NCBI RefSeq assembly: GCF_009914755.1
Contig: NC_060939.1
From: the human T2T-CHM13v2.0 reference genome, Homo sapiens
Direction: 5' to 3' (one strand)
DNA: 64,000 nucleotides
The notes beneath the pieces were generated by a model, which searched no databases, had not been told where the DNA came from, and saw nothing but the letters and a program-made list of their open reading frames with translations. Shown here piece by piece: positions 11,001 through 26,000 of the stretch. The position numbers were made by a program, and so were the translations under genes. Each line of letters opens with the position of its first letter. Position 1 is the first letter of the stretch.

Positions 11001-14000
11001 TGCCATTCCATTTGATTCTATTCCATTAGTCTCCATTCAATTCCATTAATCTCCATTCCATTCCATTCTACTCCAACTGATTCCATTCCATTCTATTCCT
11101 TTTTATTCCATTCCATTCCATTCCATTCCATTCCATTCCATTCTTGTCCATTCCACTCCAGTCCATTCCATTCGTATCCATTCCATTCCAGTCCATTCCA
11201 TTTGTGTCCACTGCATTCCATTCCACTCCATTCCATATTATTCCATTACACTCCATTCCATTCTATTACTTTCATTTCCATTCAATTCCATTCCATTTGA
11301 TTCCATTCCACTCGGTTTCATTCCATTTGAGTCCACTCCATTCCATTCCATTCCATTCAGTTCCATTCCATTCTGTTCCATTCCATTCCGTTCCATTACA
11401 TTCCATTCCATTCGGTACCATTCCATATTGTTCCATTCGATTCCATTCGAATCCATTCCATTCCAGTCCATTCCATTCGATTCCATTCCATTCATTTCAA
11501 TTCCATTCCATTCCATTCCATTACATTCCACTTGATTCCTCTCCATTCCCTTCCACTGCATTCCGTTCGATTCCATTCCATTGCATTGCATTCCATTCCA
11601 TTGGATTGCATTCCATTCGATTCCATTCCATTCGAATCAATTACATAGCAATCCATTACATTCGAGTCTATTCTCTTCCGTTCCATTCGATTTCGTTCCA
11701 ATCCATTCGATTCCATTCCATTCGATTCCATTCCATACTATTGCATTCCATTCGATTACATTATATTCGAATAAGTTCCATTCAAGACCATTTCTTTTGA
11801 GTCCATTCTATTTGAGTCCATTCCCTTTGATTCCATAACATTTGAGTCCATTCAATTCCATTCCTTTCGTTTCCATTCCATTTGATGCCATTCCATTCAA
11901 TTCTGTTCTACTCGACTCCAATACATTCAATTCCATTCCATCCGATTCCATTACATTCTTTTCATTTCTTATCCATTTCAAGCCATTCCACTCCATTCCA
12001 TTCCACTCGTTTCCTTTCCATTCGAGTCCATTCCTCTCCAGTCCATTCCGTTCAATCCATTCCATTCCAGTCCATTCCATTCGAGTCCGTTCCATTCCAG
12101 TCCATTCCATTCGAGTCAATTCCATTCCATTCGATGTCTTTCCATAACGATCCATTCCATTCTATTCCTTTCGATTCCATTCCATTCTATTTCATTCCAT
12201 TCGATTCCCTTCCATTGGACTCCTTTCCATTCGAGTGCATTCCATTCCGTTCCATTTCTTTCCGTTCTGTACGATTCCTACCGTTCGATTTCATTTTCTT
12301 CCAGTCCATTCTTTCGCGTCCATTCCATTCCATTTCACTCCATTCGATTCCATTCCACTCGATTCCACTTCGTTCCATTTCATTGCATTCCATTCTATTC
12401 AACTCTATTGCCTTCCATTCCATTCCATTCGATTACATTCCATGCGATTCCATTCGAAATCGAATCAATTACATTGCAATCCATTACTATTGAGTCCGTT
12501 TTATTCCAGTCCACTGCATTCTGGTCCATTCCATTTGATTCCATTCCATTCTATTCCATTCCATACAGTTGCATTCCATTGGATTCCATGCTACATCTAT
12601 AAATTCAATTCGAGACCATTGCTTTTGAGTCCATTCTATATGATTCCATTCCATTCAAGTCCATTACATTTGGTTAAATTCCATTCCATTCGGTTCAATT
12701 CCATTCCATTCCATTCCCTTCCATTCCATTCCAATTGATATCAATCCATTCGATTCCATTCCATTCGAGCACATTCCATTCGAGTCCATTCCATTCGATG
12801 CCATTCCATTTGATTCTATTCCATTAGTCTCCATTCAATTCCATTAATCTCCATTCCATTCCATTCTACTCCAACTGATTCCATTCCATTCTATTCCTTT
12901 TTATTCCATTCCATTCCATTCCGTTCCATTCCATTCTTGTCCATTCCACTCCAGTCCATTCCATTCGTATCCATTCCATTCCAGTCCATTCCATTTGTGT
13001 CCACTGCATTCCATTCCACTCCATTCCATATTATTCCATTACACTCCATTCCATTCTATTACTTTCATTTCCATTCAATTCCATTCCATTTGATTCCATT
13101 CCACTCGGTTTCATTCCATTTGAGTCCACTCCATTCCATTCCATTCCATTCAGTTCCATTCCATTCTGTTCCATTCCATTCCGTTCCATTACATTGCATT
13201 CCATTCGGTACCATTCCATATTGTTCCATTCGATTCCATTCGAATCCATTCCATTCCAGTCCATTCCATTCGATTCCATTCCATTCATTTCAATTCCATT
13301 CCATTCCATTCCATTACATTCCACTTGATTCCTCTCCATTCCCTTCCACTGCATTCCGTTCGATTCCATTCCATTGCATTGCATTCCATTCCATTGGATT
13401 GCATTCCATTCGATTCCATTCCATTCGAATCAATTACATAGCAATCCATTACATTCGAGTCTATTCTCTTCCGTTCCATTCGATTTCGTTCCAATCCATT
13501 CGATTCCATTCCATTCGATTCCATTCCATACTATTGCATTCCATTCGATTACATTATATTCGAATAAGTTCCATTCAAGACCATTTCTTTTGAGTCCATT
13601 CTATTTGAGTCCATTCCCTTTGATTCCATAACATTTGAGTCCATTCAATTCCATTCCTTTCGTTTCCATTCCATTTGATGCCATTCCATTCAATTCTGTT
13701 CTACTCGACTCCAATACATTCAATTCCATTCCATCCGATTCCATTACATTCTTTTCATTTCTTATCCATTTCAAGCCATTCCACTCCATTCCATTCCACT
13801 CGTTTCCTTTCCATTCGAGTCCATTCCTCTCCAGTCCATTCCATTCAATCCATTCCATTCCAGTCCATTCCATTCGAGTCCGTTCCATTCCAGTCCATTC
13901 CATTCGAGTCAATTCCATTCCATTCGATGTCTTTCCATAACGATCCATTCCATTCTATTCCTTTCGATTCCATTCCATTCTATTTCATTCCATTCGATTC

Positions 14001-17000
14001 CCTTCCATTGGACTCCTTTCCATTCGAGTGCATTCCATTCCGTTCCATTTCTTTCCGTTCTGTACGATTCCTACCGTTCGATTTCATTTTGTTCCAGTCC
14101 ATTCTTTCGCGTCCATTCATTCCATTTCACTCCATTCGATTCCATTCCACTCGATTCCACTTCGTTCCATTTCATTGCATTCCATTCTATTCAACTCTAT
14201 TGCCTTCCATTCCATTCCATTCGATTACATTCCATGCGATTCCATTCGAAATCGAATCAATTACATTGCAATCCATTACTATTGAGTCCGTTTTATTCCA
14301 GTCCACTGCATTCTGGTCCATTCCATTTGATTCCATTCCATTCTATTCCATTCCATACAGTTGCATTCCATTGGATTCCATGCTATATCTATAAATTCAA
14401 TTCGAGACCATTGCTTTTGAGTCCATTCTATATGATTCCATTCCATTCAAGTCCATTACATTTGGTTAAATTCCAATCCATTCGGTTCAATTCCATTCCA
14501 TTCCATTCCCTTCCATTCCATTCCAGTTGATATCAATCCATTCGATTCCATTCCATTCGAGCACATTCCATTCGAGTCCATTCCATTCGATGCCATTCCA
14601 TTTGATTCTATTCCATTAGTCTCCATTCAATTCCATTAATCTCCATTCAATTCCATTCTACTCCAACTGATTCCATTCCATTCTATTCCTTTTTATTCCA
14701 TTTCATTCCATTCCATTCCATTCCATTCCATTCCATTCCATTCGTGTCCATTCCACTCCAGTCCATTCCATTCGTATCCATTCCATTCCAGTCCATTCCA
14801 TTTGTGTCCACTGCATTCCATTCCACTCCATTCCATATTATTCCATTACACTCCATTCCATTCTATTACTTTCATTTCCATTCAATTCCATTCCATTTGA
14901 TTCCATTCCACTCGGTTTCATTCCATTTGAGTCCACTCCATTCCATTCCATTCCATTCAGTTCCATTCCATTCTGTTCCATTCCATTCCGTTCCATTACA
15001 TTCCATTCCATTCGGTACCATTCCATATTGTTCCATTCGATTCCATTCGAATCCATTCCATTCCAGTCCATTCCATTCGATTCCATTCCATTCATTTCAA
15101 TTCCATTCCATTCCATTACATTACATTCCACTTGATTCCTCTCCATTCCCTTCCACTGCATTCCGTTCGATTCCATTCCATTGCATTGCATTCCATTCCA
15201 TTGGATTGCATTCCATTCGATTCCATTCCATTCGAATCAATTACATAGCAATCCATTACATTCGAGTCTATTCTCTTCCGTTCCATTCGATTTCGTTCCA
15301 ATCCATTCGATTCCATTCCATTCGATTCCATTCCATACTATTGCATTCCATTCGATTACATTATATTCGAATAAGTTCCATTCAAGACCATTTCTTTTGA
15401 GTCCATTCTATTTGAGTCCATTCCCTTTGATTCCATAACATTTGAGTCCATTCAATTCCATTCCTTTCGTTTCCATTCCATTTGATGCAATTCCATTCAA
15501 TTCTGTTCTACTCGACTCCAATACATTCAATTCCATTCCATCCGATTCCATTACATTCTTTTCATTTCTTATCCATTTCAAGCCATTCCACTCCATTCCA
15601 TTCCACTCGTTTCCTTTCCATTCGAGTCCATTCCTCTCCAGTCCATTCCGTTCAATCCATTCCATTCCAGTCCATTCCATTCGAGTCCGTTCCATTCCAG
15701 TCCATTCCATTCGAGTCAATTCCATTCCATTCGATGTCTTTCCATAACGATCCATTCCATTCTATTCCTTTCGATTCCATTCCATTCTATTTCATTCCAT
15801 TCGATTCCCTTCCATTGGACTCCTTTCCATTCGAGTGCATTCCATTCCGTTCCATTTCTTTCCGTTCTGTACGATTCCTACCGTTCGATTTCATTTTCTT
15901 CCAGTCCATTCTTTCGCGTCCATTCCATTCCATTTCACTCCATTCGATTCCATTCCACTCGATTCCACTTCGTTCCATTTCATTGCATTCCATTCTATTC
16001 AACTCTATTGCCTTCCATTCCATTCCATTCGATTACATTCCATGCGATTCCATTCGAAATCGAATCAATTACATTGCAATCCATTACTATTGAGTCCGTT
16101 TTATTCCAGTCCACTGCATTCTGGTCCATTCCATTTGATTCCATTCCATTCTATTCCATTCCATACAGTTGCATTCCATTGGATTCCATGCTATATCTAT
16201 AAATTCAATTCGAGACCATTGCTTTTGAGTCCATTCTATATGATTCCATTCCATTCAAGTCCATTACATTTGGTTAAATTCCATTCCATTCGGTTCAATT
16301 CCATTCCATTCCATTCCCTTCCATTCCATTCCAGTTGATATCAATCCATTCGATTCCATTCCATTCGAGCACATTCCATTCGAGTCCATTCCATTCGATG
16401 CCATTCCATTTGATTCTATTCCATTAGTCTCCATTCAATTCCATTAATCTCCATTCCATTCCATTCTACTCCAACTGATTCCATTCCATTCTATTCCTTT
16501 TTATTCCATTCCATTCCATTCCATTCCATTCCATTCCATTCCATTCCATTCCATTCGTGTCCATTCCACTCCAGTCCATTCCATTCGTATCCATTCCATT
16601 CCAGTCCATTCCATTTGTGTCCACTGCATTCCATTCCACTCCATTCCATATTATTCCATTACACTCCATTCCATTCTATTACTTTCATTTCCATTCAATT
16701 CCATTCCATTTGATTCCATTCCACTCGGTTTCATTCTATTTGAGTCCACTCCATTCCATTCCATTCCATTCAGTTCCATTCCATTCTGTTCCATTCCATT
16801 CCGTTCCATTACATTGCATTCCATTCGGTACCATTCCATATTGTTCCATTCGATTCCATTCGAATCCATTCCATTCCAGTCCATTCCATTCGATTCCATT
16901 CCATTCATTTCAATTCCATTCCATTCCATTCCATTACATTCCACTTGATTCCTCTCCATTCCCTTCCACTGCATTCCGTTCGATTCCATTCCATTGCATT

Positions 17001-20000
17001 GCATTCCATTCCATTGGATTGCATTCCATTCGATTCCATTCCATTCGAATCAATTACATAGCAATCCATTACATTCGAGTCTATTCTCTTCCGTTCCATT
17101 CGATTTCGTTCCAATCCATTCGATTCCATTCCATTCGATTCCATTCCATACTATTGCATTCCATTCGATTACATTATATTCGAATAAGTTCCATTCAAGA
17201 CCATTTCTTTTGAGTCCATTCTATTTGAGTCCATTCCCTTTGATTCCATAACATTTGAGTCCATTCAATTCCATTCCTTTCGTTTCCATTCCATTTGATG
17301 CCATTCCATTCAATTCTGTTCTACTCGACTCCAATACATTCAATTCCATTCCATCCGATTCCATTACATTCTTTTCATTTCTTATCCATTTCAAGCCATT
17401 CCACTCCATTCCATTCCACTCGTTTCCTTTCCATTCGAGTCCATTCCTCTCCAGTCCATTCCGTTCAATCCATTCCATTCCAGTCCATTCCATTCGAGTC
17501 CGTTCCATTCCAGTCCATTCCATTCGAGTCAATTCCATTCCATTCGATGTCTTTCCATAACGATCCATTCCATTCTATTCCTTTCGATTCCATTCCATTC
17601 TATTTCATTCCATTCGATTCCCTTCCATTGGACTCCTTTCCATTCGAGTGCATTCCATTCCGTTCCATTTCTTTCCGTTCTGTACGATTCCTACCGTTCG
17701 ATTTCATTTTGTTCCTGTCCATTCCTTTCGCGTCCATTCCATTCCATTTCACTCCATTCGATTCCATTCCACTCGATTCCACTTCGTTCCATTTCATTGC
17801 ATTCCATTCTATTCAACTCTATTGCCTTCCATTCCATTCCATTCGATTACATTCCATGCGATTCCATTCGAAATCGAATCAATTACATTGCAAACCATTA
17901 CTATTGAGTCCGTTTTATTCCAGTCCACTGCATTCTGGTCCATTCCATTTGATTCCATTCCATTCTATTCCATTCCATACAGTTGCATTCCATTGGATTC
18001 CATGCTATATCTATAAATTCAATTCGAGACCATTGCTTTTGAGTCCATTCTATATGATTCCATTCCATTCAAGTCCATTACATTTGGTTCAATTCCATTC
18101 CATTCCATTCCCTTTCATTCCATTCCATTTGATATCAATCCATTCGATTCCATTCCATTCGAGCACATTCCATTCGAGTCCATTCCATTCGATGCCATTC
18201 CATTTGATTCTATTCCATTAGTCTCCATTCAATTCCATTAATCTCCATTCCATTCCATTCTACTCCAACTGATTCCATTCCATTCTATTCCTTTCCATTC
18301 CATTTCATTCCATTCCATTCCACTCCATTCCATTCCATTCCATTCCATTCGTGTCCATTCCACTCCAGTCCATTCCATTCGTGTCCATTCCATTCCAGTC
18401 CATTCCATTTGTGTCCACTGCATTCCATTCCACTCCATTCCATATTATTCCATTACACTCCATTCCATTCTATTACTTTCATTTCCATTCAATTCCATTC
18501 CATTTGATTCCATTCCACTCGGTTTCATTCCATTTGAGTTCACTCCATTCCATTCCATTCCATTCCATTCAGTTCCATTCCATTCCGTTCCATTACATTC
18601 CATTCCATTCGGTACCATTCCATATTGTTCCATTCGATTCCATTCGAATCCATTCCATTGCAGTCCATTCCATTCGATTCCATTCCATTCATTTCAATTC
18701 CATTCCATTCCATTCCATTCCATTCCACTTGATTCCTCTCCATTCCCTTCCACTGCATTCCGTTCGATTCCATTCCATTGCATTGCATTCCATTCCATTG
18801 GATTGCATTCCATTCGATTCCATTCCATTCGAATCAATTACATAGCAATCCATTACATTCGAGTCTATTCTATTCCGTTCCATTCGATTTCGTTCCAATC
18901 CATTCGATTCCATTCCATTCGATTCCATTCCATACTATTGCATTCCATTCGATTACATTATATTCGAATAAGTTCCATTCAAGACCATTTCTTTTGAGTC
19001 CATTCTATTTGAGTCCATTCCCTTTGATTCCATAACATTTGAGTCCATTCAATTCCATTCCTTTCGTTTCCATTCCATTTGATGCCATTCCATTCAATTC
19101 TGTTCTACTCGACTCCAATACATTCAATTCCATTCCATCCGATTCCATTACATTCTTTTCATTTCTTATCCATTTCAAGCCATTCCACTCCATTCCATTC
19201 CACTCGTTTCCTTTCCATTCGAGTCCATTCCTCTCCAGTCCATTCCGTTCAATCCATTCCATTCCAGTCCATTCCATTCGAGTCCGTTCCATTCCAGTCC
19301 ATTCCATTCGAGTCAATTCCATTCCATTCGATGTCTTTCCATAACGATCCATTCCATTCTATTCCTTTCGATTCCATTCCATTCTATTTCATTCCATTCG
19401 ATTCCCTTCCATTGGACTCCTTTCCATTCGAGTGCATTCCATTCCGTTCCATTTCTTTCCGTTCTGTACGATTCCTACCGTTCGATTTCATTTTCTTCCA
19501 GTCCATTCTTTCGCGTCCATGCCATTCCATTTCACTCCATTCGATTCCATTCCACTCGATTCCACTTCGTTCCATTTCATTGCATTCCATTCTATTCAAC
19601 TCTATTGCCTTCCATTCCATTCCATTCGATTACATTCCATGCGATTCCATTCGAAATCGAATCAATTACATTGCAATCCATTACTATTGAGTCCGTTTTA
19701 TTCCAGTCCACTGCATTCTGGTCCATTCCATTTGATTCCATTCCATTCTATTCCATTCCATACAGTTGCATTCCATTGGATTCCATGCTATATCTATAAA
19801 TTCAATTCGAGACCATTGCTTTTGAGTCCATTCTATATGATTCCATTCCATTCAAGTCCATTACATTTGGTTAAATTCCATTCCATTCGGTTCAATTCCA
19901 TTCCATTCCATTCCCTTCCATTCCATTCCAGTTGATATCAATCCATTCGATTCCATTCCATTCGAGCACATTCCATTCGAATCCATTCCATTCGATGCCA

Positions 20001-23000
20001 TTCCATTTGATTCTATTCCATTAGTCTCCATTCAATTCCATTAATCTCCATTCCATTCCATTCTACTCCAACTGATTCCATTCCATTCTATTCCTTTCCA
20101 TTCCATTTCATTCCATTCCATTCCATTCCATTCCATTCCATTCGTGTCCATTCCACTCCAGTCCATTCCATTCGTATCCATTCCATTCCAGTCCATTCCA
20201 TTTGTGTCCACTGCATTCCATTCCACTCCATTCCATATTATTCCATTACACTCCATTCCATTCTATTACTTTCATTTCCATTCAATTCCATTCCATTTGA
20301 TTCCATTCCACTCGGTTTCATTCCATTTGAGTCCACTCCATTCCATTCCATTCCATTCAGTTCCATTCCATTCTGTTCCATTCCATTCCGTTCCATTACA
20401 TTCCATTCCATTCGGTACCATTCCATATTGTTCCATTCGATTCCATTCGAATCCATTCCATTCCAGTCCATTCCATTCGATTCCATTCCATTCATTTCAA
20501 TTCCATTCCATTCCATTCCATTACATTCCACTTGATTCCTCTCCATTCCCTTCCACTGCATTCCGTTCGATTCCATTCCATTGCATTGCATTCCATTCCA
20601 TTGGATTGCATTCCATTCGATTCCATTCCATTCGAATCAATTACATAGCAATCCATTACATTCGAGTCTATTCTCTTCCGTTCCATTCGATTTCGTTCCA
20701 ATCCATTCGATTCCATTCCATTCGATTCCATTCCATACTATTGCATTCCATTCGATTACATTATATTCGAATAAGTTCCATTCAAGACCATTTCTTTTGA
20801 GTCCATTCTATTTGAGTCCATTCCCTTTGATTCCATAACATTTGAGTCCATTCAATTCCATTCCTTTCGTTTCCATTCCATTTGATGCCATTCCATTCAA
20901 TTCTGTTCTACTCGACTCCAATACATTCAATTCCATTCCATCCGATTCCATTACATTCTTTTCATTTCTTACCCATTTCAAGCCATTCCACTCCATTCCA
21001 TTCCACTCGTTTCCTTTCCATTCGAGTCCATTCCTCTCCAGTCCATTCCGTTCAATCCATTCCATTCCAGTCCATTCCATTCGAGTCCGTTCCATTCCAG
21101 TCCATTCCATTCGAGTCAATTCCATTCCATTCGATGTCTTTCCATAACGATCCATTCCATTCTATTCCTTTCGATTCCATTCCATTCTATTTCATTCCAT
21201 TCGATTCCCTTCCATTGGACTCCTTTCCATTCGAGTGCATTCCATTCCGTTCCATTTCTTTCCGTTCTGTACGATTCCTACCGTTCGATTTCATTTTGTT
21301 CCAGTCCATTCTTTCGCGTCCATTCATTCCATTTCACTCCATTCGATTCCATTCCACTCGATTCCACTTCGTTCCATTTCATTGCATTCCATTCTATTCA
21401 ACTCTATTGCCTTCCATTCCATTCCATTCGATTACATTCCATGCGATTCCATTCGAAATCGAATCAATTACATTGCAATCCATTACTATTGAGTCCGTTT
21501 TATTCCAGTCCACTGCATTCTGGTCCATTCCATTTGATTCCATTCCATTCTATTCCATTCCATACAGTTGCATTTCATTGGATTCCATGCTATATCTATA
21601 AATTCAATTCGAGACCATTGCTTTTGAGTCCATTCTATATGATTCCATTCCATTCAAGTCCATTACATTTGGTTAAATTCCATTCCATTCGGTTCAATTC
21701 CATTCCATTCCATTCCCTTCCATTCCATTCCAGTTGATATCAATCCATTCGATTCCATTCCATTCGAGCACATTCCATTCGAGTCCATTCCATTCGATGC
21801 CATTCCATTTGATTCTATTCCATTAGTCTCCATTCAATTCCATTAATCTCCATTCCATTCCATTCTACTCCAACTGATTCCATTCCATTCTATTCCTTTC
21901 CATTCCATTTCATTCCATTCCATTCCATTCCATTCCATTCCATTCCATTCGTGTCCATTCCACTCCAGTCCATTCCATTCGTATCCATTCCATTCCAGTC
22001 CATTCCATTTGTGTCCACTGCATTCCATTCCACTCCATTCCATATTATTCCATTACACTCCATTCCATTCTATTACTTTCATTTCCATTCAATTCCATTC
22101 CATTTGATTCCATTCCACTCGGTTTCATTCCATTTGAGTCCACTCCATTCCATTCCATTCCATTCAGTTCCATTCCATTCTGTTCCATTCCATTCCGTTC
22201 CATTACATTCCATTCCATTCGGTACCATTCCATATTGTTCCATTCGATTCCATTCGAATCCATTCCATTCCAGTCCATTCCATTCGATTCCATTCCATTC
22301 ATTTCAATTCCATTCCATTCCATTCCATTACATTCCACTTGATTCCTCTCCATTCCCTTCCACTGCATTCCGTTCGATTCCATTCCATTGCATTGCATTC
22401 CATTCCATTGGATTGCATTCCATTCGATTCCATTCCATTCGAATCAATTACATAGCAATCCATTACATTCGAGTCTATTTTCTTCCGTTCCATTCGATTT
22501 CGTTCCAATCCATTCGATTCCATTCCATTCGATTCCATTCCATACTATTGCATTCCATTCGATTACATTATATTCAAATAAGTTCCATTCAAGACCATTT
22601 CTTTTGAGTCCATTCTATTTGAGTCCATTCCCTTTGATTCCATAACATTTGAGTCCATTCAATTCCATTCCTTTCGTTTCCATTCCATTTGATGCCATTC
22701 CATTCAATTCTGTTCTACTCGACTCCAATACATTCAATTCCATTCCATCCGATTCCATTACATTCTTTTCATTTCTTATCCATTTCAAGCCATTCCACTC
22801 CATTCCATTCCACTCGTTTCCTTTCCATTCGAGTCCATTCCTCTCCAGTCCATTCCGTTCAATCCATTCCATTCCAGTCCATTCCATTCGAGTCCGTTCC
22901 ATTCCAGTCCATTCCATTCGAGTCAATTCCATTCCATTCGATGTCTTTCCATAACGATCCATTCCATTCTATTCCTTTCGATTCCATTCCATTCTATTTC

Positions 23001-26000
23001 ATTCCATTCGATTCCCTTCCATTGGACTCCTTTCCATTCGAGTGCATTCCATTCCGTTCCATTTCTTTCCGTTCTGTACGATTCCTACCGTTCGATTTCA
23101 TTTTGTTCCAGTCCATTCTTTCGCGTCCATTCCATTCCATTTCACTCCATTCGATTCCATTCCACTCGATTCCACTTCGTTCCATTTCATTGCATTCCAT
23201 TCTATTCAACTCTATTGCCTTCCATTCCATTCCATTCGATTACATTCCATGCGATTCCATTCAAAATCGAATCAATTACATTGCAATCCATTACTATTGA
23301 GTCCGTTTTATTCCAGTCCACTGCATTCTGGTCCATTCCATTTGATTCCATTCCATTCTATTCCATTCCATACAGTTGCATTCCATTGGATTCCATGTTA
23401 TATCTATAAATTCAATTCGAGACCATTGCTTTTGAGTCCATTCTATATGATTCCATTCCATTCAAGTCCATTACATTTGGTTAAATTCCATTCCATTCGG
23501 TTCAATTCCATTCCATTCCATTCCCTTCCATTCCATTCCAGTTGATATCAATCCATTCGATTCCATTCCATTCGAGCACATTCCATTCGAGTCCATTCCA
23601 TTCGATGCCATTCCATTTGATTCTATTCCATTAGTCTCCATTCAATTCCATTAATCTCCATTCCATTCCATTCTACTCCAACTGATTCCATTCCATTCTA
23701 TTCCTTTCCATTCCATTTCATTCCATTCCATTCCATTCCATTCCATTCCATTCCATTCCATTCGTGTCCATTCCACTCCAGTCCATTCCATTCGTATCCA
23801 TTCCATTCCAGTCCATTCCATTTGTGTCCACTGCATTCCATTCCACTCCATTCCATATTATTCCATTACACTCCATTCCATTCTATTACTTTCATTTCCA
23901 TTCAATTCCATTCCATTTGATTCCATTCCACTCGGTTTCATTCCATTTGAGTCCACTCCATTCCATTCCATTCCATTCAGTTCCATTCCATTCTGTTCCA
24001 TTCCATTCCGTTCCATTACATTCCATTCCATTCGGTACCATTCCATATTGTTCCATTCGATTCCATTCGAATCCATTCCATTCCAGTCCATTCCATTCGA
24101 TTCCATTCCATTCATTTCAATTCCATTCCATTCCATTCCATTACATTCCACTTGATTCCTCTCCATTCCCTTCCACTGCATTCCGTTCGATTCCATTCCA
24201 TTGCATTGCATTCCATTCCATTGGATTGCATTCCATTCGATTCCATTCCATTCGAATCAATTACATAGCAATCCATTACATTCGAGTCTATTCTCTTCCG
24301 TTCCATTCGATTTCGTTCCAATCCATTCGATTCCATTCCATTCGATTCCATTCCATACTATTGCATTCCATTCGATTACATTATATTCGAATAAGTTCCA
24401 TTCAAGACCATTTCTTTTGAGTCCATTCTATTTGGGTCCATTCCCTTTGATTCCATAACATTTGAGTCCATTCAATTCCATTCCTTTCGTTTCCATTCCA
24501 TTTGATGCCATTCCATTCAATTCTGTTCTACTCGACTCCAATACATTCAATTCCATTCCATCCGATTCCATTACATTCTTTTCATTTCTTATCCATTTCA
24601 AGCCATTCCACTCCATTCCATTCCACTCGTTTCCTTTCCATTCGAGTCCATTCCTCTCCAGTCCATTCCGTTCAATCCATTCCATTCCAGTCCATTCCAT
24701 TCGAGTCCGTTCCATTCCAGTCCATTCCATTCGAGTCAATTCCATTCCATTCGATGTCTTTCCATAACGATCCATTCCATTCTATTCCTTTCGATTCCAT
24801 TCCATTCTATTTCATTCCATTCGATTCCCTTCCATTGGACTCCTTTCCATTCGAGTGCATTCCATTCCGTTCCATTTCTTTCCGTTCTGTACGATTCCTA
24901 CCGTTCGATTTCATTTTGTTCCAGTCCATTCCTTTCGCGTCCATTCCATTCCATTTCACTCCATTCGATTCCATTCCACTCGATTCCACTTCGTTCCATT
25001 TCATTGCATTCCATTCTATTCAACTCTATTGCCTTCCATTCCATTCCATTCGATTACATTCCATGCGATTCCATTCGAAATCGAATCAATTACATTGCAA
25101 ACCATTACTATTGAGTCCGTTTTATTCCAGTCCACTGCATTCTGGTCCATTCCATTTGATTCCATTCCATTCTATTCCATTCCATACAGTTGCATTCCAT
25201 TGGATTCCATGCTATATCTATAAATTCAATTCGAGACCATTGCTTTTGAGTCCATTCTATATGATTCCATTCCATTCAAGTCCATTACATTTGGTTCAAT
25301 TCCATTCCATTCCATTCCCTTTCATTCCATTCCATTTGATATCAATCCATTCGATTCCATTCCATTCGAGCACATTCCATTCGAGTCCATTCCATTCGAT
25401 GCCATTCCATTTGATTCTATTCCATTAGTCTCCATTCAATTCCATTAATCTCCATTCCATTCCATTCTACTCCTACTGATTCAATTCCATTCTATTCCTT
25501 TCCATTCCATTTCATTCCATTCCATTCCATTTCATTCCATTCCATTCCATTCGTGTCCATTCCTCTCCAGTCCATTCCATTCGTGTCCATTCCATTCCAG
25601 TCCATTCCATTTGTGTCCACTGCATTCCATTCCACTCCATTCCATATTATTCCATTACACTCCATTCCATTCTATTACTTTCATTTCCATTCAATTCCAT
25701 TCCATTTGATTCCATTCCACTCGGTTTCATTCCATTTGAGTCCACTCCATTCCATTCCATTAAATTCCATTCAGTTCCATTCCATTCCGTTCCATAACAT
25801 TCCATTCCATTCGGTACCATTACATATTGTTCCATTCGATTCCATTCGAATCCATTCCATTCCAGTCCATTCCATTCGATTCCATTCCATTCATTTCAAT
25901 TCCATTCCATTCCATTCCATTCCATTCCACTTGATTCCTCTCCATTCCCTTCCACTGCATTCCGTTCGATTCCATTCCATTGCATTGCATTCCATTCCAT

